The translations under genes were made by a program, and so were the position numbers. DNA of 64,000 bases from an uncultured Methanosarcinales archaeon. Lineage in GTDB: Archaea; Halobacteriota; Methanosarcinia; Methanosarcinales; Methanosarcinaceae. The stretch covers positions 2,246 through 66,245 of the forward strand of contig CAZLNG010000005.1 in NCBI GenBank assembly GCA_964560735.1. The letters run 5' to 3'. The notes under the pieces were generated by a model that worked only from the letters and a program-made list of their open reading frames with translations, had not been told where the DNA came from and made no database searches. Positions 1-10,241 of this stretch are shown in pieces (the stretch's first letter is position 1; each line of letters starts with the position of its first letter).

Positions 1-309
1 AAATGCGATTTGAGTGCTTCTTGGATGTCCGAGAAATTTGCATTGCGTGTGAATATCTCCTGTTAATACTTGAATATATTAAGAAGTTCTTTGTATATAG
101 AATAAAGGTTGTCTTAATACAGCATGCGAATGCTGTATGTACCTGAAATTTTAATAGGTTTTCTGGCAAATTTTTGCTCAAGGATCGAAGTAAAACTTAA
201 TAGCGATTTTAGAAGACTATATAATGAAGCTAATAAAGAATATAATGAGAAAATATGGTAATCCAAAGAGAATTCTAGTGTTAAAATATGCTTATCAGTT
301 ATAGGGAAT

Positions 310-558
310 TTGAGAAAACTATACAAGCTATTACTCGAAGGGACTATGAATCGAAAGACTGTCTTGGCTAAAATAGATGAATTAGCATTAATCTATGAAA
401 ATGGGATATTATCACATCCCTATTGGTATATCTCGCCGAATAAAAGGTATTTAATTGTGATCCACGATGAATTATTTCACGGAAAGTCAGAACTCAAATT
501 GACATTAAATGAGGTCGCAGCCTTATTATTGACCCATAATTTAATCGAATTAGATTAA
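310..558 (+). pseudogene. Hypothetical protein fragment, probably the 3' part of an interrupted gene
   Basis: 82-aa ORF with TTG start; the same frame reads open from ~160 apart from one TAA at 259-261, suggesting a disrupted longer gene. No recognisable motif. Confidence 0.3.
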
Positions 559-1139
559 CTATCGAAGAAATTAGCTAGTAAGATCCACTAAAACCAGAAT
601 TAAATTAGTACATGCGGCAGGGGAATCTGAGACAACATTTTTACACATCTATCCAAAGGCGAATAAACTTCACATACCCTAACCACGAACACATACTGGA
701 AGCCACGTAAAAGGCCAGGGATATCACTTGTAGCCAGATGGATGAATATATCTGGAAAATTCCACAACGCAATTAAAACGAGTAAAATATACTTCTGTGT
801 CAGCACGTAAGGGCAAAGCTTCTGGGATATGTGGAAAACTGACGCGAACTTACTCTTTGCTTTCAGCTGGGTACGCCAGCACAATTTTGATTTATACTCA
901 TAAGAGATTCCGAAGCGTCTGCTGAATTTGTATCTTCCCGAATCATTTCTTTTGACAAACAATCTCACATCAAAGCTTTTCTGAAGAAGGATGCTAGAAA
1001 AATTTAAAAATAAAGAGAAATGTGTAACTATTGATATTTTTTAATAATGTTGAGGGAAATCTAATTCCTCCCGGATGATCAGTTCGAGGGGGTATGCTTC
1101 ACAGTCTGTTATTTTCATAAGTAAGGGGGAAACAACAAA

Positions 1140-4100
1140 ATGAATAAATTTATATCAGTCGCACTGGCTGCTCTTATGGTCTTAATTTTATTTGCAGTAG
1201 ACACTGCAAGTGCAACAGAAATTGTTGAAATAAATGCTGTTGGAAATAATTATGGATATGATGGGTGGTCCGATGAACAGTATCCGTTAATCGATTTATT
1301 TGGAGATAAATATGTTCCACTGTTCACCAGTAACGGAAATGTCTGGAATTGTCGAGTTGACAAACTTGCAAAGTTAGTTCTTGACAGTGACATAAACTAC
1401 ACCCTGAGAACTGGAGATAAAATCGAACTTGGTGATGGCTATATCCTCGAAGCCAAGCAGTTCGATGTCGATGGTAAAAAGGTTTGGCTCGAGTTTTCAA
1501 AAGATGGTCAGTACATTGATGACCAAATCATTAATGCCTATGGGGCTGCCGCTGAAAAGACATGGAATGTTGCCCTTGATAATATTCAAAATGAAAACAA
1601 CGTTGTTGTCATGAAAGTTCACGTTAACCAGATCATTCCAGATGTTTCCGGCAGTATTGCACAGATCGACGGCGTCTGGATCATTGACTATTCAAATACC
1701 ATGACTCTTAAACTTGATGACAAATTAGGGGCATTCAAACTTACGGAAATTAACGGAGAAAAGCTTGTTTTTGAGTTTGTAGATGATCAACCAGCTCTCA
1801 ACGAAATTCGAATTCCCACCAATGAATCATCAAAGGGATATCCTTCTATCTACGAGGACAGGATCGTATGGGCAGACTTGCGTAATGGGCTGGGCGTCTA
1901 CATGTACGACCTCTCCACTTCCAAGGAAACCCAGATTACCACAAATGAATCCTGGAACGATGGTCCTGCTATCTATGGAAATCGGATAGTATGGCAGAGT
2001 AACAGCATTGGAAACTGGAGTAATGGTGACATCTATTTGTACGATCTCTCCACTTCTAAGAAAACAAGGATCACAAACGACAGTTCAAATCAGCAGGATC
2101 CTGCTATCTATGAGGACAGGATAGTATGGGCAGATTGGCGCAATGATAAAGGAAATGGGAGTAATGGTGACATCTATTTTTATGAACTCTCCACTTCCAA
2201 GGAAATCCAGATAACCACTAATGAATCGGGTCAGGGGGCCCCTGCTATCTATAAGGACAGAGTTGTGTGGTCGGATATGCGTAACGGGAATTCAGATATC
2301 TATATGTACAATATCACCACTTCGGAGGAAACCCAGATCACAAACAATGAAGCAGATCAGTATTCTCCTGAGACATATGGGGAAATAATCGTATGGACAG
2401 ATTGGCGCAATGGAAACTCGGACATCTACATATATGATATAACCACTTCCAGAGAAACCCAGATCACAAGCAATGAATTCAATCAGTACTCTCCTGCTGT
2501 CTACGGGGACAGGATAGTGTGGGAGGATGAACGCAATGGAATATTGGATGAATTTGGGCGCATTGGAAACTATGATATTTACATGTACAACATTTCCACC
2601 TCAACTGAAACCCAGATCACTACCAATAAAGCAGACCAGATGGAACCATTTATCTATGGGAACAGGATCTTTTGGATAGATAAACGCAGTCAATACACAG
2701 GTACCCATAGAAACTCAGATATCTATATGTTCACTATTTCAGGAGAGGAAAACGAACTAAATAAACCTACTTCAGACTTTAGTACTAATGTCACTGAAGG
2801 TTATGCCCCTCTTTCTGTGCAGTTTACAGACTTGTCAGAAAATGCACCAGGAAGAAACTGGGAATTTGAAGATGATGGAAAAGTAGATTCTACAGAAAAA
2901 AATCCGGTTCATGTGTACATAGTACCAGGGAAGTATACCGTTAAACTCATCTCATTCAATGCAAACGGAACGGCTTCAAAACTTGCTACAATAACGGTCC
3001 TACAGCAAGTACTTCCTGTTGCAAACTTCACCAGTAACGTTACTTCAGGAACTGAACCTTTGAGCGTCTCCTTCATTGACAGCAGCACAGGAACACCAAC
3101 AGAGTGGAACTGGGACTTTGGAGACGGAACAAATTCAACCCAGCAGAATCCAGAGCATACTTATTCTGCAACAGGAAACTATACAGTATTGCTTACAGCA
3201 ACCAATGCTGCAGGTAACAACAAAGCAACGAAATCAGATTATATAAAAGTGACAGCAGTTGTGCAAAAACCGATTGCAAACTTCAGCAGCAATGTCACTG
3301 AAGGTTATGCTCCACTTTCTGTGCAGTTTACGGATAGTAGCGTATTAAATGAGCTTCAAAGCTCTATACCACCGGCACCGCAAGTAATAACCCCTGAAGA
3401 CAATGGAAAAAGCATAAGCCTCAACAATGGAGATACTTTTACCCTTAAACTTAAAGAGAATCCGGGTTTCACAGGCTACTCCTGGGAACTCAACATGAGT
3501 CTGGGGCTTATCATTCTCAGTGAAGAATATGAAAATCAAAATCCTCCGGATATGTATGATGGTCCATTGACTCGTTTAGTGGTAATTAAAGCCGTGTCTG
3601 AAGGCAGCCAGCAAGTAAAAGGAATATACAAACGATCATGGGAGAATACGACTGGTACGGAAAATAACTTTACACTTAATGTTACTAGCATTCCTTCGAA
3701 TACGATATCATGGCTCTGGGACTTTGGAGACGGAACAAATTCAACCCAGCAAAATCCAATGCATACTTATTCCTCAAGAGGAAACTATACAGTAATACTG
3801 ACAGTGGCAAATATAGCTGGTCAGAATACAAATACAGGCGAGATAACTGTAAAAACGGCTCTGCAAAAACCGACTGCTGCTTTCTCTGTATCCCCTACCT
3901 CGGGAACTGCACCTATGAAAGTTAAATTTACTGATATGAGTACAGGATCGCCAACTTCATGGAAATGGAGTTTTGGAGATGGAACATATTCAACAGCCAA
4001 AAACCCGAAACACACATACAGTAAAGCAGGAAAATATACTATAAGCTTAAAAGCAAAGAATGCTGCTGGAAGCGATAAGGTTGTTACACAATCCGGTTAC

Positions 4101-4223
4101 ATAAATGTTGTAAACCCTTTAAACTCTATTACTGCATATTTAGCATTCCTTCCCTCAAAGAAAGCGCCTTCGAATGTGCAATTCACTGAAAACTTCGCAG
4201 GATTGCACAGAGAGCGGAATTGA
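1140..4223 (+). CDS. Secreted cell-surface protein: S-layer-like domain, beta-propeller repeats, PKD domains and a chagasin/I42-like domain
   Basis: Signal peptide (MNKFISVALAALMVLILFAVDTASA); Methanosarcina S-layer-like N-terminus; repeats of PAIYGDRIVWxDxRNGxxDIYMYDLSTSKETQIT; PKD motifs WxWDFGDG; chagasin-like LKENPGFTGYSW...YKRSWE; GGGGG SD upstream. Confidence 0.9.
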   Translation: MNKFISVALAALMVLILFAVDTASATEIVEINAVGNNYGYDGWSDEQYPLIDLFGDKYVPLFTSNGNVWNCRVDKLAKLVLDSDINYTLRTGDKIELGDGYILEAKQFDVDGKKVWLEFSKDGQYIDDQIINAYGAAAEKTWNVALDNIQNENNVVVMKVHVNQIIPDVSGSIAQIDGVWIIDYSNTMTLKLDDKLGAFKLTEINGEKLVFEFVDDQPALNEIRIPTNESSKGYPSIYEDRIVWADLRNGLGVYMYDLSTSKETQITTNESWNDGPAIYGNRIVWQSNSIGNWSNGDIYLYDLSTSKKTRITNDSSNQQDPAIYEDRIVWADWRNDKGNGSNGDIYFYELSTSKEIQITTNESGQGAPAIYKDRVVWSDMRNGNSDIYMYNITTSEETQITNNEADQYSPETYGEIIVWTDWRNGNSDIYIYDITTSRETQITSNEFNQYSPAVYGDRIVWEDERNGILDEFGRIGNYDIYMYNISTSTETQITTNKADQMEPFIYGNRIFWIDKRSQYTGTHRNSDIYMFTISGEENELNKPTSDFSTNVTEGYAPLSVQFTDLSENAPGRNWEFEDDGKVDSTEKNPVHVYIVPGKYTVKLISFNANGTASKLATITVLQQVLPVANFTSNVTSGTEPLSVSFIDSSTGTPTEWNWDFGDGTNSTQQNPEHTYSATGNYTVLLTATNAAGNNKATKSDYIKVTAVVQKPIANFSSNVTEGYAPLSVQFTDSSVLNELQSSIPPAPQVITPEDNGKSISLNNGDTFTLKLKENPGFTGYSWELNMSLGLIILSEEYENQNPPDMYDGPLTRLVVIKAVSEGSQQVKGIYKRSWENTTGTENNFTLNVTSIPSNTISWLWDFGDGTNSTQQNPMHTYSSRGNYTVILTVANIAGQNTNTGEITVKTALQKPTAAFSVSPTSGTAPMKVKFTDMSTGSPTSWKWSFGDGTYSTAKNPKHTYSKAGKYTISLKAKNAAGSDKVVTQSGYINVVNPLNSITAYLAFLPSKKAPSNVQFTENFAGLHRERN

Positions 4224-4370
4224 GTTTTGGAGAAGGGAGATATTTAGCAACCAAGAAATCTGTAAACACACATAAAGCAGGAAAATACACTGTCAGTTAA
4301 TAATAAGAATGCTAAAGGCAGTAACACTAAAATAATAGTATAATATGTTGTGGTATCCGAAAAACGAACA
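4224..4370 (+). pseudogene. Decayed terminal PKD repeat of the upstream surface protein
   Basis: Sequence after the stop resembles the previous PKD repeat (gagttttggaga..., aaagcaggaaaatacactgtcagt, aagaatgctaaaggcagt) but with frameshifts and stops. Confidence 0.6.
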
Positions 4371-5930
4371 TTTTAATTGAAAAATTGATAAAAAGATAAG
4401 GCTGAAGGGTAATGGAGTCACAATTTAACCAACCAAACCCTTTAGCCTTTTTTAGAGCTACCCTTTTGCTTACAGATTTCAGTAACTAATTCCAATACCT
4501 TTTTCGAATCCAAATATACAAGAATCCAACACATCTATTTTTGACACTACTCCTCCCGAGCTTTCTACGTACGTATATCCAGTAACCACACTAAAGGAAT
4601 ACAAATCTCGATACAGCCTCCAAGATTTGTATATCCCAACTTATGGGAGCGAAGAAAGTGCAGGATTTTTAAGGGCCTGTTAGAGATAGACAAGTTTTTA
4701 ACATCTTTAAATTTCACATTTGTAGAGTCTTTTAATAAAAGGAATAAAAGAGATATTTGCTGGTAAAATTGACTATAGCCGATGTGCTAAATTTGGCACA
4801 TCGGGGAAAAAAGGAAATTTCATTATTGAAACCTTTATTTGAGCAATTTTGAACTATCTTGTAGAAGTAATGATATATCATTTCTTTTAGGGACCTTCTA
4901 TATTTATGATCCATTCTGCCTGGATGTGAAATTAAGTATTCAAAAAACATCCATCGATATTCTTCGTCTACCCTTACTATGATAAATTATCTTCACTTCC
5001 TTCTCTTTTTGTCACTCCTGGATATGATCTTCACTAATCTGATCCTGTGACCGTGAGTTTGGTTCATAACCAAACCTTGCATACAAAGTATCCTGATCAC
5101 ATTAGATCTGTTTCTACATTGATGTGCCGCTAATGCATCAAAAATGATACGTTGTTAATTTTATCAGCTCCTGTTCACATCAAAACTATTTACCGATTTA
5201 TAAATAAAAAATCACTTTAGTCAATAGAAAGAAAAGAGTCTTTAAATTTTAAATAACTTTCTCGATATTTAAAAATGTCACCTTAAGAGATTTAATTCAA
5301 AAATAAATACTAATGAGAAAGCGGAAACTTATGAAATATTGGTTAAAAAGCTTTAACTTTTGTTTGAAAAAAAAGATTAATTCGAAATACTAAGTATTTC
5401 ATAAAGATTTATTCATATAGTCAAGAAATATTCTCATATGGAAAAATTAACCTAATAATAATGACTCTTATTTGGAAAAAAATCTTTATTTAATTTTATT
5501 TTTGAATTAAATCTTTTATATTACTTAATTATCAATAAAAGTCGAAATAAGGTCTCTAAATTAGCTAATATATGAAAATATTCTATTATATATATTTTAT
5601 GTTTTAGATAATTTTTCTAAAAATTTTAAAGACTACTATTTGTAAGTATAACTAATTCTCTAGAGCTTATATAAATTAATATATATAGTTAGGTATACTC
5701 ACAGGCGAGTAAAAGTAAGACTTTCTGGGGTCAAAACGAACGGTTAACCCCTGTTAATACTAAAATATTTGCTAAATTCATATAGATTGATTGAAGGTAT
5801 TGAAAAAGGGATGTGTTAAAACATCTATTAGTGTATTTTCAATCAAGATATATTTTCGAAAAAAGAAAAACAAGATGAAAATAGAAAAACGTAGAAGAAC
5901 ACGATAAAATACTAAATAAGGTGAAATAAA

Positions 5931-6002
5931 ATGATTTTCTTCAACGTCGTTAATTTCTTTAATGGCTTTGCAGGCCTTTGCGTAAATATCGGCTTCAAAT
6001 AA
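5931..6002 (+). CDS. Micropeptide type A1, 23 aa: MIFFNVVNFFNGFAGLCVNIGFK
   Basis: Translated by hand; AGGTGA SD-like site just upstream of the ATG; similar to the 6493-6570 peptide. Confidence 0.65.
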   Translation: MIFFNVVNFFNGFAGLCVNIGFK

Positions 6003-6083
6003 TCAATTCGTCTAAATTAGATGTAATCTAAAAGTAATAAAAATTAAACGAACAGATAACATAAAAGAGTGGAGGGAGCTTCA

Positions 6084-6158
6084 ATGTCTATAATTTTTGA
6101 ATACCTGTGCATTAGCAAGACCTTTGACATGACCAAATTCAGATACTTCCAGTGCTAA
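6084..6158 (+). CDS. Micropeptide type B1, 24 aa: MSIIFEYLCISKTFDMTKFRYFQC
   Basis: GGAGGG SD 7 nt before ATG; frame and length conserved across three copies, with synonymous differences (TCT/TCA, ATA/ATC, ACC/ACA). Confidence 0.75.
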   Translation: MSIIFEYLCISKTFDMTKFRYFQC

Positions 6159-6220
6159 GATATAAAGACTGAACGAAAAACTGAATGAACACGAAGACTA
6201 TAAGAGTGGAGGGAGTTTCA

Positions 6221-6295
6221 ATGTCAATCATTTTTGAATACCTGTGCGTTAGCAAGACATTTAACATGGAATGGTTCAGATACTTCCAGTGCTAA
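6221..6295 (+). CDS. Micropeptide type B2, 24 aa: MSIIFEYLCVSKTFNMEWFRYFQC
   Basis: GGAGGG SD; paralog of B1. Confidence 0.75.
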   Translation: MSIIFEYLCVSKTFNMEWFRYFQC

Positions 6296-6357
6296 GATAT
6301 AAAAACTGAACGAAAAGCTGAATGAACACGAAGACTATAAGAGTGGAGGGAGTTTCA

Positions 6358-6432
6358 ATGTCAATCATTTTTGAATACCTGTGCGTTAGCAAGACATTTA
6401 ACATGGAATGGTTCAGATACTTCCAGTGTTAA
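6358..6432 (+). CDS. Micropeptide type B3, 24 aa, same protein as B2
   Basis: GGAGGG SD; the only coding difference from B2 is synonymous (TGC vs TGT, last Cys). Confidence 0.75.
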   Translation: MSIIFEYLCVSKTFNMEWFRYFQC

Positions 6433-6492
6433 GATATAAAAACTGAACGAAAAACTGAATGAATACGAAGACTATAAGAGTGGAGGGATAAA

Positions 6493-6570
6493 ATGATATT
6501 CGCATTTAACCTTAACAACTTATTTGCAGTTCTTGCAGGCCTTAACATAAACTTCTGCTTTGAATTTTAA
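6493..6570 (+). CDS. Micropeptide type A2, 25 aa: MIFAFNLNNLFAVLAGLNINFCFEF
   Basis: GGAGGG SD; aligns to A1 (MIF-FN..N.F...AGL..N..F). Confidence 0.65.
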   Translation: MIFAFNLNNLFAVLAGLNINFCFEF

Positions 6571-6598
6571 ATAATTCAGCTGAAAATTTAAATTAATT

Positions 6599-8018
6599 GT
6601 AACTATTCAGGGTATAATTAGTGGCGCTCCTTTGAGCGCCGCTAGAATACTCTCCATAACAGGCAAATCATTCTTTCTGATTGTAGAAATGTACGCCCTA
6701 ATTCTGCAGAAAGCTTCTGCTCCTTTTGTTGTTCTAAAGTTCCTGATATTTTCTGCTGTAGTTTCATCATCCTGATGTCCTTTCTGCCTGGTTATTCGCA
6801 AAAGAAACTTTCAAGTTCTTCAGTAATCCTAAAACTTTTCCTTGTGTTCTATAAACCTATCCAGCAGATTCCTTGCTTTGGTTTTCGAATCTTCCCACGG
6901 TTTCCCTGTTTTTCAGGATTTAGAGAAGGTGGGTTTTTTTTCAATTCCTTTCATGACTACAGCATCGAATCTGTCTTCTAACGCTTCAATTTACTCAAAA
7001 TCTAACTCTTTGACTTGCTCTTTTCATTTATCAGTGTACTTTTTCATATCAGTTAACAGTTCATTCATCTCTTTAGCCATGCTGTTTATAATTCTCTTCA
7101 ATTCCAGTAAGTTCTCTTTATAGATGAGCATTGCAAAGAGAGTGATCACAATCATAAACATTGTAAGGTTTCCATCCATAGGAATTGCTGTTCTCTTAAA
7201 CTCGGGAAGAATTACCACAGAATCCATCGCTTCTGACCCCCCTTTTAGGGTGAGCTAAATAACAGGCGTATTTGTCATTAGAAGCTACATGAAGCCAATG
7301 TCTTTTTCCTTTAATCTTCATTCCAGTTTCATCACAATTGATTACAGGAGAAGTGATTAAATTCTCTCTAACCATGTTTTCAAATTCTTCTAAATTCCGG
7401 AAACATTCTCTTTCTGCTCTAATTATGGTAGTAGAACAGATTTTATTCCCATTACGTCACTAAAAAAACCATAGATCCTTTCATAGGGAATAAAATGATG
7501 GTTTTTAAAGTAAATTGCTGAAGCTAAAAGATTAGGACCATACTGGACTGGGTGTTTCACTGATCTGGAAAAAAGCCTTATTCAATATCCCACAGTGAGT
7601 ACAGGTCTTAATCTGACTTCTATGTTCTGTAACAATAAGACTTACAGGAGGAATGTCAAAAATCTGTCTTTTCTCATAAGCTTCAACTTCACTATTTTCA
7701 AGAGAATGCCCACATTCTTTACAGCAGTTCAAAGAATGCTCTATTGCCTAATCAGGATCATGAACCATATCAAGAGTATATTCGGGATGACCTTCTTGAC
7801 CTCCAGATTTTTTGTTACTCTTTTTACGGCGATTCTTGGAATTGGGTTTTTCTTTGACAAAATCAGTAGAAGGAGGATTACTGCTGTTTTGATTAACCGA
7901 GATTCTATAAACTTGACACGTTCTTAGATTTCAGCAATTTGAACAGCTTGTTTTTCTATGATAGTCTCCTCGAAAAGAGGAATAATTGTAGTATTTAAAA
8001 TGTTACCTGGGTAGTTAC
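6599..8018 (-). mobile_element. Degenerate IS66-family insertion sequence (fragmented transposase)
   Basis: Terminal inverted repeats GTAACTATTCAGG (6599-6611) and CCTGGGTAGTTAC (8006-8018), 11/13 match with GTAA ends. Minus-strand fragments include CCKECGH...RQIFDIP...VTEHRSQIKTCTHCG and FRTTKGAEAFCRIRAYISTIRKN, broken by many stops/frameshifts. No target-site duplication visible. Confidence 0.85.
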
Positions 8019-8334
8019 TTTTATTTAGGGTTTATTTCTTTAATTACAATTTCTCAGAAATCAGCTTTTTCAATATCTCAGGTTTGATAGCCTTTAGCCT
8101 CAATATAATTGTGACTGGGTAAGCTTTTTGATTAATAAGCTTACCCTCTGGTTAACAGCCACCAATTTCAAAATATAACATCAAAGTATATATTTTTTTA
8201 TGTTTGATCTGATCAAAAACATATTTGGAGCTGAGGAAATATGAATCACCTGATCATAGTCTATTTTTCATTATCATAAAACTATGAAAAGTTTATTTAA
8301 ATTTTGAATTCGTTATATTTACTGGGAGGTAAAA

Positions 8335-8622
8335 ATGCCATACGATATAAAAAGAGCAAGGAAAAAGTACCAAATCAGAATGGAGAAAAAGATTTGCTGA
8401 ATTTGAAACAGACGAAACCGCCGAGTTGATCAGGCATTACTGTGGATCTAGAAAAAGGAAACTGTTGGGAGATGGATTAACGAAGACGAGTATATCTCTT
8501 TTATGGTATCAAAAGCAGGGGGAATACCCTATAAATTGTGGACGAGAGATGAACCGATTCCAATCTCACCTATATATGCCCGCACATTGATCAAAGCAAA
8601 TCTAATAAGACGTATAAAATAA
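8335..8622 (+). pseudogene. Frameshifted small hypothetical gene
   Basis: Strong GGAGGT SD before ATG 8335; protein-like sequence continues over three frames (...GRWINEDEYISFMVSKAGGIPYKLWTRDEPIPISPIYARTLIKANLIRRIK*). Confidence 0.45.
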
Positions 8623-9702
8623 TAAACGTGTGTCGTTCATTTGACCAGCGCTGTCACTCACCCAATTTAGTTCACCAATTCTGCCCAGGTCACTATATTT
8701 TTGAATTTTTTCCGCATGTTGAATTTTTTTTCTGCCTGTGAATCTACCTGAAATTTAAAGTAAGTTACTGATTACAAGAAAATAGACTGCCTGTGCATGT
8801 ACCTGTCCTGACTTAGTTTTTCATTTCTTTAGCAAAGGCTGGGTAAGTAAGTACACCAATCTGAGAAATTTCAAACGAAGGTTCAAAGAGTACAGGTGGT
8901 AAATATTCTTTAAATGCATGTGACCCCACATAATCCGCAAAAATCTTTGAAAAGGATAAAATCTAAGGATTCTTTTTTAATTTTTGAAGAATTTATCTGA
9001 ATTGTCTTTTCACTCTTTTTCTGCTCAACTAATCAACATTTGAGGCGTAGACTGCTGCAAGAAAAACAAAGCAGAAAGTAATAACAAAAACAAATGCCAG
9101 GAAACGAATAATGTAAAATTGAAATCTGGAATACTCATAAAAAGGCATAAAGTATATATGAATCCAAACTACAAAAAATTTACTAAGTTGTGAGCTATTC
9201 TGGAAGTTGTGAAGAATTTATATTGATATTTTTTCGGAAAACCGACATTAATTTTCCGATATAATCCACTGATAAAAAAGACAGTAATCTTCCAATTTTG
9301 GCACACCATCATAATTAAGACTATGATTTGGAATGAACGAGAGAGAGCAATAGAGACACTGGGAATAGAGTGCTCACGAGTCTTGAAGATATCTTATTTT
9401 TTGGATATGAGGCTCTCATTTTCTCCTTCTTCTTTTACTATCATTTAAAGAAACTTAAACTTAATCTGAAATCCTTATGGACAGTTCCCATGGAGCAGAA
9501 AGATTTAGATAGACTTCTTCCACCACTTACCGAAATCTGCCAGAGGCATGACCTCACAGATATCAAAGATCACTGCAGCGTATAACATTTTTGCGGCTCT
9601 CTCTCCTGCGAAACTGGCAGCCTGGCTTGGGATTATTTTATCACTGCTGGATGTTCTGAGAACACCAGTCTTGGTGCTTTATTGAAATATTCCATCAAGT
9701 TT

Positions 9703-9790
9703 GCTAGTGTCGCGTCAATGATCAAAGATTGAATGATTCTGAATTGTTGTAATATTTTATACGACATTTTACTGTGGACTCGACACTAGC
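9703..9790. mobile_element. 88-bp MITE-like element / internally deleted IS
   Basis: Terminal inverted repeat GCTAGTGTCGCGTC ... GACTCGACACTAGC (13/14), CTAG at both ends, no ORF. Confidence 0.6.
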
Positions 9791-10241
9791 ATCTCCTATC
9801 TCCTTTGAATAGTATCGTCATTTATTTATTAAAAGGGAAGATGGACTATTTCGGATTGTTTTTATCATCCATTGAAAGATGCTCAGATTCGAATAGCTTT
9901 CCTTGGTTACCCGTAAAATAAAGACCCATAAAGATAGAAAAGTTATGAACTTATTTGAATAAACCAGAAATCTGTATTTTATCTCTTTTATAGCCAAAAA
10001 AGAGGATCATAAAGCGCAACATCTTGAAGTCATTTACATTTTTTGATTATTATTTTTACCTTCTTCAGAAATAATACCCATAACCAGAATTAGAAATAAA
10101 CAAAAATCGAACTCAATCAGAAATCACAAAAGAATAAAAAACCTCAGGATTCAAGCTGGGGATTAGATCCTGAGAGATGAAACACCTTTCTGTGCTGGCT
10201 AATCCCCAGAAAATGTCTAATGACATACCTTTCCTGCTAGT

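Larger units (their letters stand above)
6065..6488 (+). repeat. 137-bp tandem repeat (3 full units plus a partial), each unit = SD + 24-aa ORF + spacer
   Basis: AAGAGTGGAGGGA recurs at 6065, 6202, 6339 and 6476, an exact 137-bp period. Confidence 0.95.

Noticed and set aside
600..968. 122-aa minus-strand ORF
   Set aside because: No motif or SD recognised; composition looks non-coding or antisense.
4480..5130. Possible gene remnants on the minus strand, including ORF 4732-4950
   Set aside because: Only short protein-like stretches; could not be assigned or joined into one frame.
6065..6488. CRISPR array interpretation of the 137-bp repeat
   Set aside because: Whole units are near-identical, with no unique spacers between short repeats; the period is too long and no cas genes are present.
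5931..6570. Micropeptides as substrates of the radical SAM cluster at 24.7-34.3 kb
   Set aside because: They are 18 kb away, lack the WxKPxI leader, and the cluster has its own precursors. No link is supported by the sequence.
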